Shown piece by piece: positions 14,300-27,581 of a DNA stretch of 64,000 nucleotides (the stretch's first letter is position 1; every line of letters begins with the position of its first letter). Source of the DNA: Trichoplax adhaerens (lineage: Eukaryota; Animalia; Placozoa); assembly GCF_000150275.1 (NCBI RefSeq), contig NW_002060957.1, positions 633,767 through 697,766 of the forward strand, written 5' to 3'. A program made the position numbers and the translations under genes. Under the pieces are notes generated by a model that did not search any database, was not told where the DNA came from, and was given only the letters and a program-made list of their open reading frames with translations.

Positions 14300-14690
14300 G
14301 TCATCATGGCTAGGGGAATGCATTCATCTGTAGGAAATAAGCATTAGCCATCACCTCGCCATAGGCATATTGTATATTGTAAAGGAATAGCTGATTGATT
14401 GCGAGTGCGATCAAAATAGTTCATCAGTCTACTGCTTAAGGCACCGTGTGGCAATAAAATGATTGTCATCATAGAGTCATGAATCCATGCTAAAGGCATC
14501 ATGGCTAGGGAAATGCAACCATCTGTAGGAAATAAGCAGTAGCCATCACCTTGCCATAGGCATATTGTATATTGTATAGGAATAGCTGATTGATTGCGAG
14601 CGCGATCAAAATAGTCCCTCAGTCTACTGCTTAAAGTATAGTGTGGCAATAAAATGATTGTCATTATACAGTCATGAATCCATGCTAAAC
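14300..14690. repeat. Two tandem ~190-195-bp copies
   Basis: CATCATGGCTAGGG..ATCTGTAGGAAATAAGCA..GTCATGAATCCATGCTAAA occurs at ~14302 and ~14498. Confidence 0.9.
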
Positions 14691-15646
14691 TCCTATGCAG
14701 GCATTAAGTGCATTTTCTAATGGATCATCCTAACCTGGTTGGACAAAGCAGCGGAAAGAGTTTCTGCCATGATTCTTTTTTCTAATTTCTAGCGGTGTAG
14801 TTGCTCGTGTAGTCTCAAAGGATCGGCCGGTACTCCAAAGTTTATGACCTTTCCTTGTCCAGTACATTTATGCCGAACTTGGGAAGTTGCCGCCCACTGC
14901 GACTCCGTGAGGCTTTCCATAACACTGTCCGTAGCAGCGTTGTTGACAAAGCAATATTTCATTTTTCCAGGGCACCTTATATCTTACTGCACATCTTAAA
15001 GGCATCGAAATGGAAAGCATCGGATGCATTCATTCTTGAGTAGACCAACCACTTACTTGAACGTATACTGTTCCCTTCAACTAGTGTAAGTTAGTGGTGA
15101 TGAGGTCGTTTTTTCAGTATATGATAGCTATAGTAAGAGAAGATTTTCTTTTACATCGGTGAGGTCGAGGTCACAAGTTCATCACTGTACCTGCAGTAAA
15201 AGTGGGTGCAATACAGTAGGAAATGTTATAATTTGAGAGTGAATGGAAATGAATCTTTGTTAAAGGCATAGAAATGGACAACATCGTATGATTACGATCA
15301 TCCGATTGATTTTGTAGCACTGTCGGAGTCAAAATAAGAGCTTGCTTCAGCTTCTGCAAAATTGATGCTGATAGGTACACGTTGTAACTGTAGTAAGAGA
15401 AGATTTTCTAGGCCTTGCTCGCACCCAATACTTGACAAGTCGCTGACTGTATCTTTCATGTCCATTTGTGATACGTTTTTTATGATAATATAATGTAATT
15501 TTTGCAATCAAGCCATCCAATTGGATAGGGATCGATCCTTTCCTCCTCAAGCTTTGCTTATTGATCGAGGTTTACTTCAGGATTTCCATCAACAGACTGC
15601 AAGCTTCTCAGTCACGTGATCATCAGTCCGTGAAGAGAGAACAATG

Positions 15647-16543
15647 AGTGTCATCTGAAACGCATCTGAGACGCACCTTGGGAATGAAGCCATAGGGTTG
15701 TCCACTTGACCACGGATCGTCCGTCTTTCCGTAACCCGAGGTGATGATATCATCGAGTCGACAGTCTGCAGTTGACATCAGTGATGTCAACACCAGTCTG
15801 TTCTTTCCATCCGTCCGTAAAGTAAGCCATCGAGCAGGCATAGGAGTGTCATCCGAGACGCATCTGAGACGCACCTTGGGAATGAAGCCATAGCGTAGTA
15901 GGCTAAGGTCTCAATCTAGGCCACTACCAGTTGTCCACGTGACCACAGATCGTCCATCTTTCCGTAGCCCGAGGTGACGATGTTATCGAGTCAACAGTCT
16001 GTAGTTGACATCACTGATGTCAATACCAGTCTGTTCTTTCCATCCGTCCGTAGAGTAAGCTATCGAGCAGGCATAGAAGTGTCATCCGAGACGCATCTGA
16101 GGCGCACCTTGGGAATGAAGCCATAGCGTAATTGGCTAAGGTCTCAATCTAGGCGACTACCAGCTGTCCACGTGACCACAGATCGTCCGTCTTTCCGTAG
16201 CCCGAGGTGATGATATCATCGAGTCGACAGTCTGGTGTTGACATTGCTGATGTCAACACCAGTCTGTTCTTTCCATCCGTCCGTAAAGTAAGCCATCGAG
16301 CAGGCACAGGAGTGAGTGTTCATCCGAGACGCATCTGAGACGCACCTTGGGAATGAAGCCTTAAAAGCGTAGTAGGCTAAGGTCTAGGCGACTACCAGTT
16401 GTCCACGTGACCACAGATCGTCCGTCTTTCCGTAACCCGAGGTGATGATGTCATCGAGTCAACAGTCTGGAAATGACATCACTGATGTCAACACCAGTCT
16501 GTTCTTTCCATCCGTCCGTAGAGTAAGCCACCGAGCAGGCATA
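15647..16543. repeat. GC-richer ~235-bp tandem repeat, 4 copies (first copy internally shortened)
   Basis: GTGTCATCCGAGACGCATCTGAGACGCACCTTGGGAATGAAGCC starts at about 15647, 15846, 16079 and 16316. Confidence 0.95.
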
Positions 16544-18402
16544 CCGTAAATAACAATTCCCTATGGGGGGTGGGGACCAAGTGGATAGTGGTACAGTCGA
16601 CTGTATAGTGTATCGTGTACTCGACCGTGTCCTATACTGTGCCTAGTAATCGACATCATGACTCAAGTTGAAGGTCGTCAACGCGTCCCATCGGCCTCCA
16701 TTAGTCACAATCATTTCTTCCTACCTGCCTTCTCCTTGCCCCCAAAAAAGGCCAAAATTGGCCTTAAAATTCAAGATTGAAGAATATTGATTGCATTGGT
16801 AGCATTAAGGAATATCTTGTAGTCGACTTGATCACTTGAGTCAATCTCAACCTACTGGCAGAGTAGACAATCCATCGGATAGTGGAGTATTCCTGGCACA
16901 GCGGTGACGCAACGTCGCACTCGCCATTGGCGATCCACGGAACGTGAGCAAATTATTATTGCTAGTAAACCACTTGAATAAGCATGATTGTATCTTATGA
17001 GTGGCCATCTAAAATCATCTAAAATCATCTAAAATCATTAGCCATTCCCTGGTAAACCGATTGCCTTCTTGTCCATTCATTTACTCTTGATAGAAGTAAT
17101 CTACTGACTATCCTCTTGCTTGACAAGGCATATCCTGGTTGTTTGGTGATCGATTGGATACGACGATAATTAATCGACTACTTGTTCTATTAGACCATTG
17201 GATACTAAGAAACAAGTAAGTAGGGATAGATGGTAGAGAAGAACGAGACCGTATCATACAGTAGAATAAGCTGCACAACTACAATCATACCAATAGCAAT
17301 GAGGTTACTGCATGCCCGTACAGTAGAATAGGCGAGTCGAGTTGGGAGGCGGCCAGCAGTTGTCCAACATCCAAGTTGTTGAATGCTTGTTGTATCAATC
17401 TGCCATCCAATGGGAATGCCAATCCCATCAGTGGCTAGCAATTTCATTATTGATCATACTTTGCATAAGATACCACTCGTAGCTTGATAGAGTGCAGTGC
17501 AGTTCATCAACCACCGATGCATGTACTTTCGTTTTGCGTAGGGTAATGCTTGAAATACAACGCTCCTCTGAAACTCTCATCAACTCGATACTCTGATTAA
17601 CTAGACGTATGCCAAGTTTCTTCCACTGTAAACGTGATAAAAATGATTATGGATTCCTTGTTCAGTTGGAATCCACGCACAAAGCTGATAGTCTGGTCGT
17701 ATTTACCCTACATTCCTCTGAATAATGAATCCACTCAATAATCTTGCTAAATTAAATCCACGCCTAAGCTGATACACACGTCTAGCTTATCCAACATTCC
17801 TTTCAATAATCGACTCAGCAATCTTCCGAACCTAGTAGTAGGACGAGGCGTTGCTAGCATATGAGTAGTTTCGTTGTCAATGAAATGCTAACCTGCTACA
17901 CTAGGTTTTACGCCATAGTTTTCTTCATGATTAACTTCATAGCCGTACTAATAGACACGTACGTAAATATGGGTAACTAGCTCCATATCGACACAGTTCA
18001 CAATCCTTTTTTGATATCCAAAGACGCCCTCCATCTTCGTACAGTGCTGAATAGATCATCCTACTTTACGATCAAGTCAATCATTCGTTAATCAATAAAT
18101 CTTAGTAACACACATGTAGGTATTGTTAGTTCTCTTCTGGCTTTCAATCAAACTACCGTTGGATACATTGCCTTCGATTAAATTCTTCCTAATTATAATT
18201 ATCATCGACACCGCAATCGGGCAAAGAGGCTACGCATAACACCCATATTTGTATACTTCATTATACGCGTACTTAACTCAATAATTAATCTTACCAACTT
18301 TGACGCATTTAGAGTCGAATCCTTTTGCATTTTCGTAAACAATTATTGTTTCTTCAAATCCATCATAGGCTGATCAATACGGTGGTAACAACCAACAACA
18401 AT

Positions 18403-21400
18403 ATGGCAGACAGTTGTGACAGTCAAACTGAAAGTGTTACTCCTATCAATATTTGCGATTTTTACTGGCGATCACGACTATGCTCCAATACTTACAGACA
18501 TGGTGATCCTTTGATCGAGTTTTCTATCTTATGGCCAGATAGTGCCACTTTGCAAGACTTTCTTGAAAATATAACTATAACACATGCAGAACTCAAGGAT
18601 TTTTGTTTAATTGCTTTGCGCTGTGGCCCATTTGATGTTATCTCCTGCTTGTTGAAACGTGGATTCTTACCAAATGATCAACAAGAGATCTTTGGCAATT
18701 ATAACTTTACTATGCTCCATGTCGCTGCTTTAGCAGGAAACCTTCCTGTCATGAAGGAATTATCGAAGCAGTATTCATCCATGAAGAGAATGAAAGATGA
18801 ATTAGGTAAAATGGCATTCGTATTAATAGATGTTAACTATGACATTCAACACCCTGATCTAGATTTACTACGATACATGTTTTATCATTGATGCTTCAGT
18901 ATCTACAGTACTTGATGAGATACAAATATATTCATAGTATTTATCATCTAAAATCTGGACACTAGTTTTAGTCATAAGCCTTGCCTGTCATGATATCGAA
19001 GCTATAGCGAGCCTACATCAACTGAATCATATTATTCATCGACATGCACATAGAGTAGATATACACCTATGGTAAACACCAATCCGATCTAGACAAATCT
19101 ATACAACACAAAGTAGACTTTCATAACTATAAATTGACGAAAGCAATCAAATCACCTGTAATCTACATAAATAGGATTACATTTGGCATCATTATGTTGT
19201 TATTCTTAAAAGGTCGATTACCCGAAGAGATAGCCTCGATCGATTCTAAAGGATCAACTATAGTAACAGACAGGAAACGTAACGGTAAGAAAAATAAATT
19301 ACGTTCACCTACTGATACTGAAATAAAAGAAATATTCCAATGGCTACGTGATCCAAATTGCTACGATGAATTCCTATTAAAAATGCAGGTAAGTCTATAA
19401 TACAATATGCTGCAAGAACTCGACATTGAATCTTTTACAAGCAATAACCATTACTGACGCAGTGGTGTACTTGTCATGACACGATGTGGATATGAAATAT
19501 GCAGTGTTGTGCCTCTTGGAATCCATAACATTATTTTCCTTCGTATACTATTTCAGTTAATTGAATTGGATGTCAATCGGATAAAAGATGAAAACGGCGA
19601 TTTAATGTTGCACGTGGCTGTCACTCAAGGTAAGCATTAGTTTATGCTGTACAATATACTTTGAACTATAATTGAAGTGAATGATCTGATGAATTAAATA
19701 TACGAGTAATTAACATCGACTTTAACCGTGAAATCCGAGAGTAAAGAAGCCTAACTAATTCTAAAACTGTAATACATCAGTATCTTCAATTCTTGACCAT
19801 GTATTGACTCCGTATGGCTGTTTAGCCTTAAGTTACTACCGAGTAATATAGCATATCTTGCACGAAGCATATTTTATTTATTTTTATCTGTTACCAAGCT
19901 ATTACCTTAGCATAGCAAATACATCTATTCTAGGAATTAGTCATATACCGTTTATTATGGCTTTGGTATACCTGCATCATGCTTCTATTGAAGCGACCAA
20001 CGAAAATGGCCTAACACCGTTATGCGTAGCTGCGAAATGTAGCCATTCAATGTTAGCCGACGTAAGTAGCCTAAATACAGGAATATCAAATTAACATCAG
20101 AAGGAATCGTGTAACAAGATAGCATGATTACATTTCATAGTTCATCTAGACTATTAATCTTTTACATAAAGTAGTAGATACTTATCTCTTAGTGTATTGA
20201 AAGAAAAACGGCGATAAACATGATCTTTCCAATTTGTTTCAATTTATTGCTACCATATAATCATCATTATCATTTTATACATTATTTTCAATTTCTTCAA
20301 AAAGACTACCAGCTTATGAAGTTTAAAGTTCACTACTTGCTAACCTTTGTTATGTTGTCAATGTGAATACAAATTCAGTTTCCATTAGTTTGCGTACTGA
20401 TTATCACTGCAAAAGTATATCAATTTGACTGACCATTATGCTCTCCCTTATTTAGATCTTGATATGTGTACTTGGTGCAAGCCCAAATACCTGTAATTCT
20501 CGAATCGGCTGGAGTCCTCTACATTATGCTGCTGCTAGAAATGATTACGATACAGCACGGTATGTATCTATGCAAAGTTCTAGCTACTTACTATTTATAC
20601 TCTAGACCACATTAAAGGAATAATTAAGTGTAATTTAGTTAGGTATTGTCATAAATGCTAACTGATCCTTCTATTTACTAGATTCTTAGTCATGAGAGGC
20701 GCAGATGTAAATGTTGAAGATGAAAATGGAAGAAGACCAGATGATGTAGCCGAACGAAATGGGCTCTGTTATGCATTATTGCAGACAGGAAGATCGAACC
20801 GTATCGAAAATTTAATCCAGAAAATTATGCAGGTAGACTAGAAAAACTGTAAACTTGCCGATTTAAAGTATACTTCCTTGAATGATATTTTATAACGAAT
20901 TTCTTCACTCGCATATCATATTTGGATGATAACGAGTGAAAATCTTTATAAAAATGTTATGAATTATATTAATTATAGGATTGCCTTCGTCAAGAAGACC
21001 TTAGGCAATCAGATTTATGCTTAACTGATGAGAATGATTGCACTCTATTGATGGTAGCAGTAAAGCAAAATAGGTAAGTGGTTACAGAAATACTTACGAA
21101 TATATTCGCTTAAATTGAAACATATTACTATGTTTCAACCATCTTTCAAAGAAATGCCTAATTGTCTAACATTTACTTAGTCTTCAAAGCATCGAAATAT
21201 TAACCCGCTACAAGCATTGTCCTCTTGATGCACAGGACGGGAAGGTATGATACAATCAACCCAATAACCTATAATTTTGTACGTCATTGTCGCATAGTGA
21301 ACAAGTCCAGTTCATTGCAGTATTTTGACAAATGATAATTAACGTGCATCATAAAGCATGACATATGGTAGTACGTAAATATAGGAGATAGAAGAAGTAT

Positions 21401-24400
21401 GTATATTGCTAATTTTGTATAAGCTAAAGTTAATCGTCTAGTAATACCAATGGCTATAGTATTCCTATTTAAATACTTTTAAATTAATAATCACTAAACA
21501 ATTTAAAGCGGCAATTGATAACATGCTACAATAGTAGTCTTTGCAAATAATTATCTTTGCATTCACTCTACAGAGCTATACAGTGATCTTACGTAATATT
21601 ACCTTATAAGTATTGGAAAATGTAAACGCAAATACATCACTAAAGCACTGATTCAGATTTATTTGTATCCAGTTTTTAAGAACTGCGCTATCACTCGCTA
21701 TCATGGATGGAAATTTGGAAGTCACAAAATTACTATTAGAGTTTGTATTTATAATACCATGATGCGTACATGTTGTGCAGTAAATAATATTATTTTATAA
21801 ACGTAATGAGGACGAATTAATTCGCAGAAGAAACTGTCAAGTTCGAATTGCCGATATTAGTGGATGGTTACCTTTGCATCATGCCGCATATAATGCTCAT
21901 GAGGAAATTGTTTCGCTAATTTTAAGTAGCAACGACAGATTAGTGGTAAGGAGAACTTGTAGCACGTTATGTTAATTTATTCACCATGTCCCAACGTTCC
22001 GAAGCCGTAGTACTTTCTGGTTATGCTAACGTACATTTCATTTCTGCAGGGTTTAGCCAAAGCTCAACAATTATGCCAATCTACTAAGATAGGATTAATT
22101 ATCACTGATGCTCAACTAAGGTAGGATCCTTTTTTCAGCATTGCCATTTCTTGTCTTACAAGGAAAACTCACCGTATTATTTCAACGTTGATAATTATAA
22201 CACGGGACAGACGGCGAAGGGAAATTGTAAAACCTATGGTCTTTGATTGTTGTACAAATGGAGATTGCGATAGACTGTATTCTATCTTAGAAGAAGGAGA
22301 CAACCTAAGCAATTATGTATGCTATACGCTATAAAAATTTTTGGGTCTATTTAATGTGTTATTGCTTATCGTAAAAAAGTGACTAGACGTATTAAATTGA
22401 ACTTCCTTTTAGGTAAATTCTAACGAAAACCCGATTTTCATAGCTGCTCATAATGGTTATACAGGCATCGTTAAAATTTTAATTGAGGTAGCAAAAAATT
22501 TAATACAAGTATTCTCTATCATTGTCTTTACCTAATATCTACATTTAGTGCTGATTCTGCGATAAGTGCATAATATTAATTTTGCGGTTTTAGAACGGCG
22601 TGGATATTAGATGTAAAGAACCTAACAGCGACAACACCCTTTTACATATCGCTGCACAAGAAGGTCATAAGACACTGGTAGAATTTCTAATTCCATATAT
22701 TAACCCCGGCAAAAATAAACGTAAACTAGCCCCTATTGATGTCAATGCACTAAATTCGACTGGGTTCACCGCACTACAGCTAGCAGCTGATAAAGGTTAG
22801 GCTTGTGATACTGTCATACACTGCTGACTAATTTAAAGGGCTAATGAGATTGGATGACAATTTCGTCAATCATAAATAGGCCATCGCGAAATTCTCAGGA
22901 TCTTTCTTGAAAATGGCGCATCGACGGCACTACTGGATGTAAATGGAAACCTATACTGTAGCGAATTTGACGGGTTGCAAGTTTTGATTGACAATAGCCG
23001 GAAAGAGAGAATGGAATTGTAAGTCAATACTTAATGCACGCCAACTAATTAAAAATTTAGGTGCGCAAGTGTGTTATGTTATCTACTCTCTACAAATATG
23101 TATGCACAAGTATAGTTCAACGTAAATTTATCTCTCACTTTTATTACTTTACCTTGGATTTTCTAATTTAATTAATACATATGCGTATTTCATCGCTAGA
23201 TTTAAAAGGTTTTGCAAGGATAAATCTGGTTTAACCAAATTACGTTCTGAATGGCTGGTAACTAATATTTAGATTATTTACTTTTTCTTTATAACATTTT
23301 GACGACAATTCGCTGTTTTATATACTGTATATTTTCGAATGTGATTTCTGAGCAGATCCCATTTGACTATAATCTACGGGATGAAAACGATGACACCTTC
23401 TTAATGTACGCTGCATATTGTGGAAGACTAGACGTCATCAACTTTCTATTAGAACCAACTGTTAAAACCAAGAATGCTGTCTTTCTGGACTTTCAAAGCG
23501 GTAGCACTACACCAGCTAGCGACGGCCAAGTAAGGGCATCCTTCTTAGCTCTATAATTAAATCGAAATATTGGATTGTGTAGGTTTTCGGTATCAGGCAA
23601 TGATGTAATACGTTAACATTTTACATTGCCAAATTATTCTTTCTTACAGCGAAGTTCACCAGGCACACCAGTTGGCCCGTATACCCCAGCCAGTTTAGGA
23701 AGAAGCCCAGAACTTAAGTTCCAACATAACGGAAAAACTGGCGGAGGGCCTGCGAGATCTCGTTCTGCGACAGATAGCAGTATTGAAGGAGAGACCGCTA
23801 GGACTCTAGCTGCCGCAAATAATTATGAGCAGATCAGTGATGCAACTATCCGTCGCCGTTTGTCATTGAGACGTAATGATAGTGCTTTTAGCCGTTGGTC
23901 AATGGAAGACTCTAACGCTGACTCTGAATCCTACATTGAAGGGCAAAATATTGACGTTCGATTATTGCCCAGTAACGAATTTGTTTGTGCTGTTAATCCT
24001 CGAGACGGTTATACAGCTTTACATCGTGCAGTGCAAGGCAGTGACAGTAACGTTGGTATCGTGAAAGTCTTAATTAACGCCAATAATGAATGTTTAAACA
24101 TGTCTGAAAATTCAGGAAATACAGCTCTACATTTGGCTTGTCAATTACGCCGGAAAATGATAATAAAAGCACTCTTGGTAAGCCAATTACTAGTTTGACT
24201 TCCTGCTAACTGATATAGAAGTTGAATAAATTTATGGATAATCCACACTTTACTGATTGTGTAACATAATGTATTAATAATCATGTATTACTTTAACATC
24301 TATGTGCAAGCCTAACTGAAACATGTACAGCCTATTATTGTTTTTTGATAAGGGAAAAGTGATAAAAATTTTTACCGCGTTTATTTCCTTAATTTTGGTA

Positions 24401-24855
24401 GTAGTATTGATCATAATATCGGTAGATATCAATTCGGCATCAACATCACTATATACCTAATACAGTGCCTCCTCATAGCTACAATTTTCTACTAAATAGA
24501 ACTTTCGAGAGTTAGACGTCAACATTCAGAATGAAAATGGTCTCTTGGCTGACGATTTAACGGCGCTAACAGCGACCAAGCAAAATATTAAAAAATTGCG
24601 TGATGAACGTACTGATTACCAGTAAGCTTGCAATTGACTCTTTGATAACGCATTAATTTGGTTATAATAATACCTAAATGCTTCAATGAACATTTACGTT
24701 ACGTGTCATGGATAGATTTTCTATCAACAGTAACCACTGAATAATTCATTGTTATTCATAGAAAGCCGATGGATCAAGCTGATGAAGTAGCAGTCAGTAG
24801 TGATGGGACTTCTATCGATTTTGATGTTTTGAATGCTGTATTTAAGTCCCTTTAA
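18403..24855 (+). CDS. Large multi-exon ankyrin-repeat protein, orthology not recognised
   Basis: Many ANK motifs in spliced exons: TMLHVAALAGN, GLTPLCVAAK, GWSPLHYAAARN, GWLPLHHAAYN, NTLLHIAAQEGH, GFTALQLAADKG, GYTALHRAV, GNTALHLAC. There is a Ser/Pro-rich insert at ~23650-23950, and the protein ends DFDVLNAVFKSL*. Confidence 0.85.
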
Positions 24856-26235
24856 AAAGGCTGAGCAAGAGAAGCAGCATGATAATTTATACCTAAAAGC
24901 TTAATATTTAAAATTGCTAATCGGTATAAAACAGTACAAATTGTGAATTCCATAATGACGAAGTAGCCTAAATTTTAATCAATACTTTAAAACTTAAAAC
25001 CTTATGAATATGTAATTGATATTGAAGATATCGATTTTATTTCATAGCTTAATCTGATAAAATTATCTCCTACGAACGTTTACTCAGCCAATTGACTAGT
25101 CTACATGTAAGTTATTGTATGATTGTATGAATTATAATATCACTAGCTCACCCTAAATGCGTTCTTTAAAGTAAGATTAGGCTTGATTAATAGTAACAAT
25201 TTCACGAAATGTCAAATGTTTTGCTTTGTAAGAATTTAGCTTATTGTAATACAATGTATTAATTAATAAGTATGCACTATAATGGTAAGTGTATTTACAG
25301 TATGAAAGTAAGTATTATGATTTAAGTGAAGAAAGTTTTATATAAAAAGAGTTGTAAAACGTTTAACAATACAGATCCGTATGTATACTCATGTGAATTT
25401 CCAAAAAATTGCTATTCTAATATTTTAGTTAATTAATGGCTTAAATGAACATTAATTTTTTGGAGATTTTACCTCATACAAACGAATGAACATAATTCGA
25501 TGGTTTATGTTAATATATTAAAATAATATCGTAATTTAATATAATTACGTCTCTGTTTAAAATTTATAAGATTAGTAATTGTAATCGCGATCTCATTTGG
25601 TATGCCAGATTTGCCCTATTTTTATAATTAAGTGCTCGTAAATTAAATTATCTCGATTTCATTATTATTAGATTCATTTGAAAGATTAAAATATACGAAT
25701 TTATACTAAGCGTTTAAGAAGATTTTGTTACTCTATTTAAAAGCAGAAGAGCATGCGATACTACGAAAATGTAATAGTGTAGTAGTACCTATTTACATTG
25801 CATATATCACGTGTAACAGTTATAACCGGGTACATACTGAATAAGTGTTTGTACGTGATTAACTAAACTGCATACTTAGTATTTTAAAATTGTTGATTTA
25901 TTGGTCAATCATACAGCACTAACGCAACATTCTGTTCCTACTCATTGGGTAGCAACTAATATAGCCAATACAGTTGCTTTTTCAGTTTTAAGAATATCTA
26001 AATTTGTCAGGCAGTCTACAGCCTTACCTGTTCATTCATGACTATTATTGACATCCAAGCAAGCCTAGAGCTGTGTTTACTTAGAGAGCATCTAAGGTAA
26101 ATGTGAAGCATAGAGTAAGGCATCAAAATTGAGCACGGAATGTCATTATACCAATGTAGTGATTATTGCTAATTATAGTATTAACACGAAATACAGATCA
26201 CTAGGGTTCTGCAAAACTCATCGATTATAATTAAA

Positions 26236-27095
26236 CATCTCGATGTTGCAGAGTTCTATAACAACTTAGGGCTTGTCCATACGGAACAATGTAGGTACGA
26301 TGAAGCTATTTCTATGTATGAAAAATCACTGAAAATATATCTAAATATCCGTAATCATTAATATCTCAATGTTGCTATATCCTATATTAACATGGGAAAT
26401 ATTTATAATCCTCAGAGAAAGCATAAAGAGGCTATGTTAATGCATAAAAAATTACTCAAAGTCCAGCTCTCGAATCTTCGTTGTCATCCAACCAGCACCG
26501 CGAAATTATATGGCAGCCTTTCACAGACTTATTTTCTTGAGAACAGCTACGAAGAAACTGTTTTGATGCTTAAAAAGTCGATCAAAATACAGCAATCAGT
26601 TTTCGGCCTCAATCATGTTAATATTGCCAATTCTTATAATTATATTGGTTCGATCTATCTTTCTCAAAGCAAACATAATGATGCTATTTCTATGAATGAG
26701 AAAACGCTTAAATTCAAAGGTTAGATCTCGATGCTAATAGCATTGATATTGCGAAATCCCATGACTACGTGAGGGAGGTAAACGGTTATCAGGGCAGGTA
26801 TGAAGAGGCACTTTTTATGGATAAGAAATCGCTGACAATTCGATTACTACATCTTGGTCATCATCATGCTGATCTTGACCAAACCTATAACAGTATAGGA
26901 ACTATCTATAGGAATTTGGAGAGGTGTGATGAAGCAATGTCTATCGATAAGCAATCGCTCAAACATCAAAATATTTACTTATGGTTACCATCATTCCGCT
27001 CCTGTTGCAATATTGAACAGCATGGGCGCTGTGCTTGTAAATCAGGGCAAGTATGACGATACTCTTTGTAAATATGAGAAATTACTCAAAACTTA
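26236..27095 (+). pseudogene. Degenerate intronless TPR-repeat gene (42-aa TPR, kinesin-light-chain/nephrocystin-3-like type)
   Basis: Repeats such as HLDVAEFYNNLGLV..YDEAISMYEKSLKI and HVNIANSYNYIGSIY. In-frame TAA near 26360 and frameshifts near 26715 and 26970. Confidence 0.85.
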
Positions 27096-27581
27096 ATCAT
27101 TACTTAGAATGTCATATGTAGCCTTAACTCTACACAAGCCATCAACTTTATTCATGATCGTTATAATAATTAAGCACAGTTATAATTACAATAAGTATAA
27201 GCCAAATTCGATTTACCAAAAATAGAAAACAGTTCAATTCTATTTAATTAAATTGATCGTATCTTTACGTTGGAATATACCGATGCTGGGCGCCATAAAG
27301 CCAAAGTATAATTTATAAAAGTGTAAAGTGTGCAAAAAATGAAATGAATTTGCTAGACAAAATTATGTACATTATACAATAAAAGCAAGCCATGTAGCGA
27401 TGTAGAATATGTAGAAATTACTATATCCTTGTTGTATTCAATTAAATATACATTAAGTATAAAGAATCACACCTGCAAATATCTATATGCAATGAGTATT
27501 AATGAGTCATATTTGAATCAATAAAATTGATTTAATTTAAATTTTAACAGCTTCGCATGATAATAAGAGTAATAACGCTCG

